A stretch of 31,714 bases of DNA from positions 1 through 31,714 of IMG/VR virus record IMGVR_UViG_3300017766_001474; one strand, given 5' to 3'. The stretch is from a virus. Its lineage: Duplodnaviria > Caudoviricetes. The notes below the pieces were generated by a model that searched no databases, was not told where the DNA came from, and worked only from the letters and a program-made list of their open reading frames with translations. Numbering within the stretch: the first letter of the stretch is position 1; every line of letters begins with the position of its first letter. Below are positions 17,392 to 25,996 of the stretch, in pieces. A program made the translations under genes and the position numbers.

Positions 17392-18114
17392 TCACCCTCT
17401 GGAAGGCGAAGCAACCACAGACGGAGACTGTGACGACCAGCCGGAGCTCTCGAACTTCTTGCGCGCTTCTTCAACCATCGCGCCTTGCAGCAGCGCCTTG
17501 TACTGCGACTCATATGTGATCGCCATCTGCGGATCATCGTTGGCGCGGCCAAAGTTGCGCTGGTAGGCCGACACATAGATCATCGATGCCATGATCAACA
17601 GATCGGGCAGATACAGGCTCAAGAACGTGGTGGTGTTGGTGCTTGAGAGACTGGCCGGACGATACGTGCCGACAATCTCCACGCCGTAGGCGGCGTCCGG
17701 TGCCGGGCCGAAGTAGAAGACATTGTCGTTGAACGGAACAAAGTACTGCGGCATCCCGCGATACGAGGACGAGGACGAGCCGTACACCGCGTCGAGGTAT
17801 TCCTTGGTGACCGGCAGGCATGGATTTCGCGTATTCGTATTCGGATTGGTCTGTCCCGCCGGCGTGATAATGTTGATCTGCTCAGACACGACAATGGTGC
17901 CTTCAGGGATCGTCAGCACTCGATTGCCAATCGTCAGGCTGTAGCCGGTGATCGACGTGCTGGTGAACAGAAAGTCCAGATCACGATACATGCGGTTCTC
18001 CGCATACGTGATCATCTGCGGCAGGATCTCAAGGAAAGCCGTGTTGGTTTCCTCGACCACCGCCATCGTGGCGATCTGTGTCTTGTACTGGGCGTAGGTA
18101 AGACCTGTCGTCAT
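17392..18114 (-). CDS. Head-tail adaptor / tubular protein A-like (second adaptor-like gene)
   Basis: TYAQYKTQI...ITYAENRMYRDLD...GMPQYF...GPAPD..Y...T.LS...PDLL; immediately upstream of the nozzle. Confidence 0.75.
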   Translation of the reverse strand: MTTGLTYAQYKTQIATMAVVEETNTAFLEILPQMITYAENRMYRDLDFLFTSTSITGYSLTIGNRVLTIPEGTIVVSEQINIITPAGQTNPNTNTRNPCLPVTKEYLDAVYGSSSSSYRGMPQYFVPFNDNVFYFGPAPDAAYGVEIVGTYRPASLSSTNTTTFLSLYLPDLLIMASMIYVSAYQRNFGRANDDPQMAITYESQYKALLQGAMVEEARKKFESSGWSSQSPSVVASPSRG

Positions 18115-18359
18115 ACCTTGTCAGCCTTCCGGTCGTTTAGCGCATCAATCTTGTTGAAGATCTGATGGCAGATATCCTTGATCTCTTTGATGGAGTCGGA
18201 GAACTCCTCGCGCCGCACGTAGTTGCGCGGCAAGTCTATCTCAATGTCATGCAGATCTTTGCGTAGATCTTGAACGGCAGACCACAGCTCCCGACCGAAC
18301 CAACCCAAAGCGGCAAAGCCAAACCCAACGCCGGTGTTGATCAGGAGCTGCGAGTCCAC
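18111..18359 (-). CDS. Small membrane protein (single TM + coiled coil), possibly holin-like
   Basis: Hydrophobic LLINTGVGFGFAALGWFG followed by amphipathic helices; GGAG RBS before GTG. Function is inferred. Confidence 0.65.
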   Translation of the reverse strand: MDSQLLINTGVGFGFAALGWFGRELWSAVQDLRKDLHDIEIDLPRNYVRREEFSDSIKEIKDICHQIFNKIDALNDRKADKV

Positions 18360-18363
18360 GGGC

Positions 18364-18525
18364 CTACTCCGCTTGTTCTTTAGCGTTCGTTGCAGACTTC
18401 AACTGAGCAATCTCAGCATCCCGCTTCTCCACCTCGCCGCGAAGAACAATGCAACGCTGCTGGAAAAACGCGAGTTGCTCCTGAAGCTCAACGATAGAAA
18501 GAAGTGGCTTGTCGTTGGGGGTCAT
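18364..18525 (-). CDS. Small coiled-coil protein (53 aa), absent from ORF track
   Basis: Manual translation MTPNDKPLLSIVELQEQLAFFQQRCIVLRGEVEKRDAEIAQLKSATNAKEQAE*; AGAGGA RBS; fits the gap before the 82-aa gene. Confidence 0.7.
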   Translation of the reverse strand: MTPNDKPLLSIVELQEQLAFFQQRCIVLRGEVEKRDAEIAQLKSATNAKEQAE

Positions 18526-18535
18526 ATTTATTCCT

Positions 18536-18637
18536 CTAGTTGGCCAAGGTTGCTAAACGGGCCTCTACAGAGGCCAGCCTACGGTCAATCACTTGCAGCG
18601 CGGCGACCAGCAACGGGGTGATAGGGGCATAGTCCAC
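18536..18637 (-). pseudogene. Orphan C-terminal fragment of a peptidase-S74 tail-fibre chaperone domain
   Basis: Translates VDYAPITPLLVAALQVIDRRLASVEARLATLAN*, matching the VDY..L.PLL..A.QEL...L..LE tail of S74 domains; in frame directly after the TGA at 18638-18640. Confidence 0.65.
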
Positions 18638-18853
18638 TCAAGCGTCAGAGCCCGCAGCGGCCCCCGCCATTACAGCTTGTTCGCGAAGTGTTTGCTCCAA
18701 GTGCTGTTTTTCCTCAGCGGTCCACTCAGAAAGTGACTTTTGTTCGTGATCGGGGAAAACATGCTCTCCAACATAAGCTGGAAGTCCATCGATCTCGATC
18801 CTGAACCTCGCTTTAGCGATGAGCCCGTATTCATTTTGGGCAAACTGAATCAT
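18638..18853 (-). CDS. Hypothetical protein (possible fibre assembly chaperone)
   Basis: 71 aa, GGGAG RBS, directly after the distal fibre gene, lower GC. Confidence 0.6.
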   Translation of the reverse strand: MIQFAQNEYGLIAKARFRIEIDGLPAYVGEHVFPDHEQKSLSEWTAEEKQHLEQTLREQAVMAGAAAGSDA

Positions 18854-18865
18854 CTAAAATCTCCC

Positions 18866-20026
18866 TTACTGGTAGGTAAGCGTGCCGCCAACGGCGACGG
18901 TGTAGGTGCCAGACGCCATAGCTAGGCGGAGAATGCCGGAATTTACTGTATACGTTCGGGCCGCGGGGGTGCCCCCTATAGTTCCGCTACTGAGCGCAAC
19001 CGCACCATTCGCATGGAAAAATACGCAATCGGCAAACTTATTACCAGCTGCCTCGCCACGCACCGTAACAATGCCAACCGCATCACTGCTAATTACATCA
19101 AGGATTGCCGCAACCGTACTGATTGTTGGGTTGTACTGGCCAACGTAGGTGGTGAAGTTAGTCCGACTCGACACCGTAAGGGCAATCGCGGTTGCCCGTG
19201 CGTTGTTGCCAACACTGGGGTTGACAACGACGCCTTTGGTAAACGTGGCAATCTGCGAACTGTCGAGAGTGAGGGCTGTCGTTGAATTCCCCGAGGCGAA
19301 TAAAAGACTTGCTCCAGCAAATTTCGTTCTGATGTATGCTGCACTATCGGTGTAACGATAGAGAATCTCAAATCCCTCAGAGTTGGTGGGGGAGCCCATT
19401 GCGATCTGGCTGTATCCGGCATCGGCATTCAGTAGATTAATGCCAGCCCCCGTTCCGCCGCTGCTCATCTCGACTACAAGTGGGTGCTGCGCCCCCGCCG
19501 TTACAGTGCCCGCGGATGCCTTCATAACGTGCAACACCGAGTCATGCTGCGGCGTGACATTGGCGGCGGAGAGAGTCCAGCCGCCAGTGCTGAGTTCACC
19601 GAAAATGTCGTTGTTACCGGCCGCGAATCGGATTTTTCCGCCCACCAACTGAGTGCCAATGGTCAAGTAGTCGCCACTGGCTCCATCTTGCCAAACGACA
19701 CGGGCCGATGAGTTGTCATCAACGGTGCCCATGACGAGACCTGCGTTGCCGTCCGTACCGGTGAGGGTCTGGATATACGCGGAAGATGCAGCCTCCGCGA
19801 CGATCAGCGACCCAGACTGCGCCGACACCGCTCCAGCCGTGCCCGACATCACGTGCAGCGGGCCGTCATGCTGCGGCGTGACACCGTTGTCGTAGACCGT
19901 CAAGCCGCTGGTGTTCCACTGACCATCGACGCCTGCGTTGGTGTCGATGCTAAGGCCAGCAAAGGTCGGAGAGTCAGTCGTCGCAAGACCAAGCGCGCCG
20001 CGCTGAACTGCAGATAGTACCGTCAT
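18866..20026 (-). CDS. Distal tail fibre / receptor-binding protein
   Basis: ATG 20026 overlaps the long-fibre TGA (ATGA); TDSPTFAGL fibre motif; internal repeat VTPQHD..LHVM...AG.V.A. Confidence 0.72.
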   Translation of the reverse strand: MTVLSAVQRGALGLATTDSPTFAGLSIDTNAGVDGQWNTSGLTVYDNGVTPQHDGPLHVMSGTAGAVSAQSGSLIVAEAASSAYIQTLTGTDGNAGLVMGTVDDNSSARVVWQDGASGDYLTIGTQLVGGKIRFAAGNNDIFGELSTGGWTLSAANVTPQHDSVLHVMKASAGTVTAGAQHPLVVEMSSGGTGAGINLLNADAGYSQIAMGSPTNSEGFEILYRYTDSAAYIRTKFAGASLLFASGNSTTALTLDSSQIATFTKGVVVNPSVGNNARATAIALTVSSRTNFTTYVGQYNPTISTVAAILDVISSDAVGIVTVRGEAAGNKFADCVFFHANGAVALSSGTIGGTPAARTYTVNSGILRLAMASGTYTVAVGGTLTYQ

Positions 20027-23000
20027 GACTGAATAATCCTCCAACCGTTCGTCACGCCCTGATAAACCAGAGCAAAGCTCTGGTCGTTAATCGAGCACGT
20101 CAGGTCTGTAGCGCTGCCTTGGATGTTCTTGGTGTTCCTGGCAACAGTCAAATTATTGGTGCCGAACTTGCTCGCCGCATCGCAGACGGCGATGTAATCG
20201 CCGACCGCCGGAGACGCTGGCAAAGTCAAGGTTACGGCAGCAGAAGTAGTATCAACCATATAGCCGGTACCGGCAACGGCATTAGTATTTCCGCTGATCG
20301 CCGACCACGTCACGCCGCCAGTCTGCGCGGCCCATGCGGGCGCTGCGCTGGTCGTGGCGGTCAGAACTTGGCCGGTGGTGCCTGCGGCCGTGGTGGCCAT
20401 GGCGGTGGTCGTTGAACCGTAAACTAGCCCGTATTGGGTCAGATTGGATGCCTGCCCCGTGCCGCCGTTGGCGACTGGCAGGGTGCCAGAGACACCGGTA
20501 GTCAGGCTGACCTGCGCCCATGCCGGATTGTTGTTCCCGCCAGTGTTTGACAGATACCGAGTGGCATCCGTGCTTTTAGAAAGTTTAGAAATCGTCGTCG
20601 CGGCACTGGCGTACAGAATGTCGCCTTGATCATAAGACGCGATGCCCGTACCGCCGTTGGCGGCCACAAGAGTGCCAGCAACAGTGACGTCGCCCTTCGT
20701 GGCGCTATTCGGCGTGAGGCCCGTGGTGCCGAAGCTGATGGAGGTGACTGCAAGACCGCTCGCGGCACTCCAAGAAGGAGCTGCGCCGGTGTTGCCAACG
20801 AAGAACTGACCATCCGCCCCCGCGACAGTGGTTGCCATCGCGGTGGTGGTTGACCCGTAAACAACGCCGTACTGGGTCAGGTTCGATGCCTGCCCCGTGC
20901 CGCCGTTAGCGACCGGCAAAGTGCCCGTGACGTGTGTCGTCAGGTCGACCTTGCCGTATGACGGGGCGACGCCGATGCCGCCTGAGATCAAGACGTTGCC
21001 GGTGGCGACATCCGCCAGCTTGGCGAGGCTGGTTGCGGTATCGGCATAGAGCAGATCGCCAATCGCATAGGACGACTGTCCCGTGCCGCCATTGGCCGCA
21101 GGCAGCGTGCCAGTAACGCCAGCAGTCAGGCTTACCTGGGACCAAGTCGGAGCCGCGCTGGCACCGCCAGAGGTCAGAACATAGTTGGCAGTGCCGTAGG
21201 TGGCGCCGCCAATACCCAACTGGCCGGAAGGGCCGACGCGGAAGCGCTCGACTGCGCTGGCAGCGCCCAGCGCGCTCGTGTGGAACGAGATGTAGGTGCC
21301 TTGGGCGGTATTGGTGAAGTTCTCCGCTGCCTCAAGGTCAATGCGCGCAACTGAAGAAGAGGAGAACGCAGAAGCGCCATACCCTCGACCAGTGACCTCA
21401 ACCAAGATGTCGTCGGTCTGCGTAGCCGTCGGAGACGCGGCCGTGCCACGGGACTGACGGCCAGTATAGGCAGGATAGCTGCCGGTACCGAAAGCATCCT
21501 GCGTGATGCGTGTTACTGCGCCATCCGCACCGACAACATGCAAATCCGTACCGGCCGGAAGTGAACCGGCTGGCATAGCGGTCTGCGTCGGCGAAACAAC
21601 CGCAAGAGTCGTGTCGGGGCTGGCGGTGCCAAGACCGAGATAGTGATTGGTAGCGTCCCAGAAGAACTCTGCATTGTCCTGAGAATAGACCCCGCTTGCT
21701 CCCGCAAAGAGTACTGAGCCCTGCGTGAACTGCGTTGCAGTGCCGGTACCGCCATTGCCGACCGGCAATGTGCCGGTGACGTGAGTGGTCAGACCAACCT
21801 GACCCCACACCGGGGCAGTGGTGACACCGCCAGACAGCAAGACATTGCCAGTAACAACATCGGCCAGTTTCGCAAGGCTTGTCGTCGTGTCGGCGTAGAG
21901 CAGATCGCCGACCGCATAACTCGTCTGGCCGGTGCCGCCATCCGTTGCGGGAACGGTGTTCAGGCTGATCGTATTGCCGGACTTAGAAAGCGGAGAGTTG
22001 ACGAGGATGTTGCCGGAAGAAGAGGTCTGAACCCAGTCCAGGTTGGTGGAACCGACGTTGATGGTTCCAGTCGTCACCATCACCCACGAAGTGGAACCCC
22101 AGGTGTCGCCGCCTTGAACGAACACGCTGGCGCCAGTCTCAATATTCTGGGGACCGGTGCCGGTTGCATCAAAGTCAGTCGTGCGCGTTAGAACCCAATC
22201 TGATGCGCCACTGCCGACCGTAGTGACCTCGTAAATGCCATTCTCATACGCATTGGTCTGATTCTTGACCAAGATGCGGTCGTACTGGCTCGCGTTGTAG
22301 TTATCGACTTCAAACGCAGCCTGCGCGCCGTTGTTCGTGAGCGTGGCGCCGACGCCGCCAACTCCATTGTCATAATCCGCAGTCAGGTTTGCGGTAGTTG
22401 AAGCCTGCGCTTCTTCGTGGAACGTCGTGTTAGATACAGTCGCAACTTCATTGTCGACATACTGCTTGGTCGCCGCCTCAAGCGCAGAAGACGGATCTTG
22501 CGTCAGCGTGACGCTGTCCAGGCCAGCCAATGTGGTGGTGCTGTCGCCGAGCGCTAGGATGTCTGAACCGATAGTGATGCTGTCATTATCAAGATCGGAA
22601 TTTGGGATCGTGGCGTTCGCAGTGAATGCGCTTGTGCCATTGCCCTGCACATAACCGGTGAGCGTCGTCGCGCCCGTACCACCATTGCCTACTGCGAGCG
22701 TGCCGCTCACATGCGTGGTGAGCCCGACCTTGCCGTAAGATGGTGCGGCGCCAACGCCGCCAGACAACAGGACGTTGCCAGTAGCAACATCGTTCAGTCG
22801 GGCAATCGTCGTAGACGTGTTAGCGTACAGAACGTCGCCAGTCGTATAGCTAGCGAACCCAGTGCCGCCCTGCGGAGCAGAAAGCGGAGTGGTCAGGCCC
22901 GACAGGCTGGTGATGTCGCTGTTTGCGCCGCTGGCCGCTGCGCCGAGGTTGGAACGAGCCGCCGACGCGGTGGTCGCGCCCGTGCCGCCCTTTGCCACGG

Positions 23001-23790
23001 CAATCGTGGTCGCGTTCCAAGTGCCGGTGTTGATAGTGCCGAGGTTGGTAGCGCCGGTAGAAGTCAACGAGGTGAAATAGCCAGCATCCGGCGTGGTTGC
23101 ACCGATGATCGTGCCATTCACGCTGCCGCCAGTGATGACAACGGCGTTTGCACTTTGCGTGGCCATCGTGCCCAGGCCAGTAACCTGGGTGCTGGGGATC
23201 TGGATCGCGATGTCGTTCGCGTACGTGAGCTGCCCGGTATCAAGGACCGTAAAGCGCCCAACATTCAGCGCGCTGCCGTACGTGCCGGCAGAAACGCCGG
23301 TGGGCGTCAACGAACCAGGGTCGATGGAAAGATCTTGCCAGAGCGGATCGCTGGTGGGGCCAGCGGCAGTCAGAACCTGACCGGCCGTGCCGGAGGTCAG
23401 CGCCAACCATTCGGTAGCGCCACGGTACAGCATGTTGCCGCGCGTCGTGCCGATGATGTCCAGCACTTCGGTGGGCGTGACATCCTGCGGAGTTGTGGAA
23501 CCGCCAGTGACGTTCGCCTTAACCGTCCCGGCGGGCATGTTCGTAAGGTAGCTATTTGCTACCGCAGCGGCCTCAAGGCCAATCGTGCCGGTCGTGGTGA
23601 TGACGCCGCCGGTGATCGGCGAGCTGGTCGCAATGCTAGTGACGCCGGGTGCCGGATACTGAGACTGGCTGTACTGCGCAATCTGATCCGTAGTCACCCG
23701 GACGGAAGTGCCGGACTGCACCGCCTCAAGTTGCTCGTCACCGTTAAGAGACGTGCCTGCCGGTAGGTTGGGGATCTGCACGTTGCTCAT
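20023..23790 (-). CDS. Long tail fibre protein
   Basis: 1255 aa, Thr/Gly/Ala-rich; N-terminal VQIPNLP anchor; nine xxGGTG repeats; AATKQYVD; DRILVKNQTNAYENGIY knob; ERFRV. Confidence 0.9.
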   Translation of the reverse strand: MSNVQIPNLPAGTSLNGDEQLEAVQSGTSVRVTTDQIAQYSQSQYPAPGVTSIATSSPITGGVITTTGTIGLEAAAVANSYLTNMPAGTVKANVTGGSTTPQDVTPTEVLDIIGTTRGNMLYRGATEWLALTSGTAGQVLTAAGPTSDPLWQDLSIDPGSLTPTGVSAGTYGSALNVGRFTVLDTGQLTYANDIAIQIPSTQVTGLGTMATQSANAVVITGGSVNGTIIGATTPDAGYFTSLTSTGATNLGTINTGTWNATTIAVAKGGTGATTASAARSNLGAAASGANSDITSLSGLTTPLSAPQGGTGFASYTTGDVLYANTSTTIARLNDVATGNVLLSGGVGAAPSYGKVGLTTHVSGTLAVGNGGTGATTLTGYVQGNGTSAFTANATIPNSDLDNDSITIGSDILALGDSTTTLAGLDSVTLTQDPSSALEAATKQYVDNEVATVSNTTFHEEAQASTTANLTADYDNGVGGVGATLTNNGAQAAFEVDNYNASQYDRILVKNQTNAYENGIYEVTTVGSGASDWVLTRTTDFDATGTGPQNIETGASVFVQGGDTWGSTSWVMVTTGTINVGSTNLDWVQTSSSGNILVNSPLSKSGNTISLNTVPATDGGTGQTSYAVGDLLYADTTTSLAKLADVVTGNVLLSGGVTTAPVWGQVGLTTHVTGTLPVGNGGTGTATQFTQGSVLFAGASGVYSQDNAEFFWDATNHYLGLGTASPDTTLAVVSPTQTAMPAGSLPAGTDLHVVGADGAVTRITQDAFGTGSYPAYTGRQSRGTAASPTATQTDDILVEVTGRGYGASAFSSSSVARIDLEAAENFTNTAQGTYISFHTSALGAASAVERFRVGPSGQLGIGGATYGTANYVLTSGGASAAPTWSQVSLTAGVTGTLPAANGGTGQSSYAIGDLLYADTATSLAKLADVATGNVLISGGIGVAPSYGKVDLTTHVTGTLPVANGGTGQASNLTQYGVVYGSTTTAMATTVAGADGQFFVGNTGAAPSWSAASGLAVTSISFGTTGLTPNSATKGDVTVAGTLVAANGGTGIASYDQGDILYASAATTISKLSKSTDATRYLSNTGGNNNPAWAQVSLTTGVSGTLPVANGGTGQASNLTQYGLVYGSTTTAMATTAAGTTGQVLTATTSAAPAWAAQTGGVTWSAISGNTNAVAGTGYMVDTTSAAVTLTLPASPAVGDYIAVCDAASKFGTNNLTVARNTKNIQGSATDLTCSINDQSFALVYQGVTNGWRIIQS

Positions 23791-24290
23791 GTAAGCGGCC
23801 CCGTCTCAGGAACAGTGTCATTGCCATACGGCAAACCAGGATCGTCGTTGCCCGGAGCATTCGGATCTGTGCCCGGCTGCTCGTTCAAGCCGCCCGGCGG
23901 TTCGCCCGTCTGCTGGACAACGCGAATGTCGTCGTTTTGAGTAATGCGCGTATCGCCGCCAGGAACAGGGATACCAGTAATTGGATCGACCGAGTTCTGA
24001 CCGGACGTCGTGCGGTTGTTCGATTGATCCGCGACAAAGTACTCAATACGCGGGTTGAGGATCGGCACCGGATCTGCGGGCACAACAATCGCGCGGAGCT
24101 GCTCCTGCGGAGTGTCGTAGCATCGATTGCAGACAAGAATGCGCTTGTTGATCAGAGACGCGCCAGCCCAGTCGAACTGCCAGCGCAGATCAACGTGATT
24201 GTACCTGAAGCCGCATCGGTCGCAGATCGCGTGCGCTTGTGGCGCGCGTGAACTTGTTCTTGCTCTGCCCGCCTGAGATGCGTACGCCAT
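23787..24290 (-). CDS. Conserved virion-module protein with CxxC...CxxC
   Basis: AICDRCGFRY...LVCNRCYD.PQ.Q...DP.P..NPR; between adaptor and fibre genes. Confidence 0.75.
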   Translation of the reverse strand: MAYASQAGRARTSSRAPQAHAICDRCGFRYNHVDLRWQFDWAGASLINKRILVCNRCYDTPQEQLRAIVVPADPVPILNPRIEYFVADQSNNRTTSGQNSVDPITGIPVPGGDTRITQNDDIRVVQQTGEPPGGLNEQPGTDPNAPGNDDPGLPYGNDTVPETGPLT

Positions 24291-24293
24291 GCG

Positions 24294-24989
24294 CTACGGC
24301 CTGTAATAGCCGGCGATTTGCGGAGAGATATATTGAGATGCTTGCTCTACATCCTGATAAGCCGCGACATTGCACGACTCATCAGCCATGGCCTTGAGCG
24401 CGACCGCCTTCTCCGGCGACCAAATCTTTGACAGCCGATATGCCAAGCCGTCGGCGAACGCCTCGAGCCAGCGGTACGGGATCTCAACCGTCTGGCCATT
24501 GGTCAGATTGGAATCCTGCACCTGCCGCGTGCGGTAGTACTTCAGATACTGCGCGCTGGTGCCGTCCGGCACCGGCCAGAGGGTGATCGTCGGCGACACC
24601 AGACGATCAAACCAGAACACAGTGCTGAAGCCCTGCTGTTCCTTGTTCGGATAGCTCGCGTATTCCGTGCGGCTGATCGGCAGGATGAGGCGGTCGATAG
24701 GATCGGTCACGCCATCATCGATCCGCATGTACGCATCCAGCACCATAATCGTGCTGGCATCGACGCTGTAAGTCGCCTGCCCCTGCACAAGAGGGACGGA
24801 CACGAGATCAACGGTCCAGAGGTTGACGCCCTTATTCGCCCACGTTGACAACATCATGTTCGTCGCCATACGCGCCGACTGCATATGTTCTTGCAGCAAA
24901 GACGTGTTGCGCAAACCAGCGATGTTGAACGCATAAAGCGTCAGCTCGCCAAGCGACGGATCGAACGAATATGTGCCGCTAGTGGTCAT
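24294..24989 (-). CDS. Head-tail adaptor / tubular protein A-like
   Basis: MTTSGTYSF...SAR...N.ML..WANKGVNLW...ISRTEY...PNK...LWPVPD...PYRWLEA...GLAY.L. Confidence 0.78.
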   Translation of the reverse strand: MTTSGTYSFDPSLGELTLYAFNIAGLRNTSLLQEHMQSARMATNMMLSTWANKGVNLWTVDLVSVPLVQGQATYSVDASTIMVLDAYMRIDDGVTDPIDRLILPISRTEYASYPNKEQQGFSTVFWFDRLVSPTITLWPVPDGTSAQYLKYYRTRQVQDSNLTNGQTVEIPYRWLEAFADGLAYRLSKIWSPEKAVALKAMADESCNVAAYQDVEQASQYISPQIAGYYRP

Positions 24990-24992
24990 GAC

Positions 24993-25343
24993 TTAAAACG
25001 TCACGTTGCCAGCCTGAACGAAGGTAGCGGTAACCGAGCCACTGCCACTATTGAGCTTGATGCGCGCAAACGTCGGGATAAGCGACGTGAAGCTGGTCTG
25101 CTTCGCAGCGGTAGCGCCTACGACGTTGGCATCAGTAGAATTGAACCAAGTCACGTCATTAACCGCAACTGCGTCCGTGGGCGAGTTAGGATCGTCCATC
25201 GTCGTCTCCAGCGTGTAGTTTACGGTGCCAGACTTGTTGATCTGCACCGACACGTTGGGAAGGGCCCAGCTATCAAAACGCACCCAAGAACTGTACTTGG
25301 CGCCTGCTGAAGCATCAGAGACAGAAACAGTTACCGGAATCAT
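24993..25343 (-). CDS. Small beta-rich structural protein
   Basis: 116 aa, AAGGAG RBS, beta-sandwich-like pattern, within the head-tail cluster. Confidence 0.68.
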   Translation of the reverse strand: MIPVTVSVSDASAGAKYSSWVRFDSWALPNVSVQINKSGTVNYTLETTMDDPNSPTDAVAVNDVTWFNSTDANVVGATAAKQTSFTSLIPTFARIKLNSGSGSVTATFVQAGNVTF

Positions 25344-25358
25344 TGGCGGCTCCTTTGC

Positions 25359-25622
25359 CTAACAATCCCATTTCCGCAGGGACTTGTTAATACGACTATT
25401 CGGGTCTTTCGCGGTCTTCGCGCCCGTGAGCTGCTTCTTCATGCCTTCCATGCGGGCGCAGAAGCTCCGGCGGCGTGCCGCGGCCATCTTACTATGTCCT
25501 GCCTCCTCGCGGGATACCGGTCGCTTAATACTGCGCCCTTCCGCTCGCAAGGATGCGCGGCCCTTTTCGTTCAGGCCGCCTTCCGGGTTCTTACCCTCTT
25601 TGCGGGTCCATGCACCGGCCAT
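25359..25622 (-). CDS. Basic protein, DUF6321-like
   Basis: AWTRKEGKNPEGGLNEKGRAS...RRRSFCARM.GMK...DPNSRINKSLRKWDC; GAGGA RBS. Confidence 0.78.
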   Translation of the reverse strand: MAGAWTRKEGKNPEGGLNEKGRASLRAEGRSIKRPVSREEAGHSKMAAARRRSFCARMEGMKKQLTGAKTAKDPNSRINKSLRKWDC

Positions 25623-25633
25623 GATAAATCCTC

Positions 25634-25663
25634 AAAAGGAAGGCGGGGGCCGAAGCCCCCGCC
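25634..25663 (-). terminator. Intrinsic terminator with cUUCGg tetraloop
   Basis: Minus strand GGCGGGGGC-TTCG-GCCCCCGCC followed by TTCCTTTT, just after the stop at 25670. Confidence 0.8.
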
Positions 25664-25669
25664 GACCCG

Positions 25670-25981
25670 TTAGTCGATGCGCTCGACCTTACGGCCCTTA
25701 GCCGGCGTACCGGCATGAGCAGACGAAAGCGGGTTCATGTTAGAGCCCGCACGGCCGCCAGACTTGCGCGGCTTGCGCCCGGCATTGGCCTTCGCCATGC
25801 CCTGCACCTTGCCGACGCTCTTCTTCTTGGCCCGACCACCGCGCTTACGTTCCTCAGCTGCGTCATTGACGTTGCTCTGGTAGGTATAGCGCTGGTTCTT
25901 CTTAGCCGCGTCCTGTTCCCATTCGCGGTCACCAGTCGAGGGAGACTCGACGTCACCGCCTTCAGCGTACTTGCGTGCCAT
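25670..25981 (-). CDS. Small basic protein with three xxxGG motifs (possible internal head protein)
   Basis: MARKYAEGGDV...RKRGGRA...RKSGGRA; AGGAG RBS. Confidence 0.75.
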   Translation of the reverse strand: MARKYAEGGDVESPSTGDREWEQDAAKKNQRYTYQSNVNDAAEERKRGGRAKKKSVGKVQGMAKANAGRKPRKSGGRAGSNMNPLSSAHAGTPAKGRKVERID

Positions 25982-25996
25982 AGTCTAGTGCTCCTG

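Noticed and set aside
18549-18614. Possible structured ncRNA (GGCCTCT/AGAGGCC hairpin inside GTTGCT/AGCAAC)
   Set aside because: Short stems; the region is better explained as remnant S74 coding sequence.
18638-18640. TGA as a sign of genome-wide stop-codon reassignment
   Set aside because: TGA terminates many other genes at sensible positions, including ATGA overlaps, and genes are intact under the standard code.
21806-21815. Another copy of the CCCGGTGTG loop sequence
   Set aside because: Inside the fibre coding sequence without a convincing stem; plausible by chance.
20450-23000. xxGGTG repeats in the long fibre as members of the GG-motif system
   Set aside because: Different consensus (LPVANGGTG), a common structural repeat of tail-fibre shafts.
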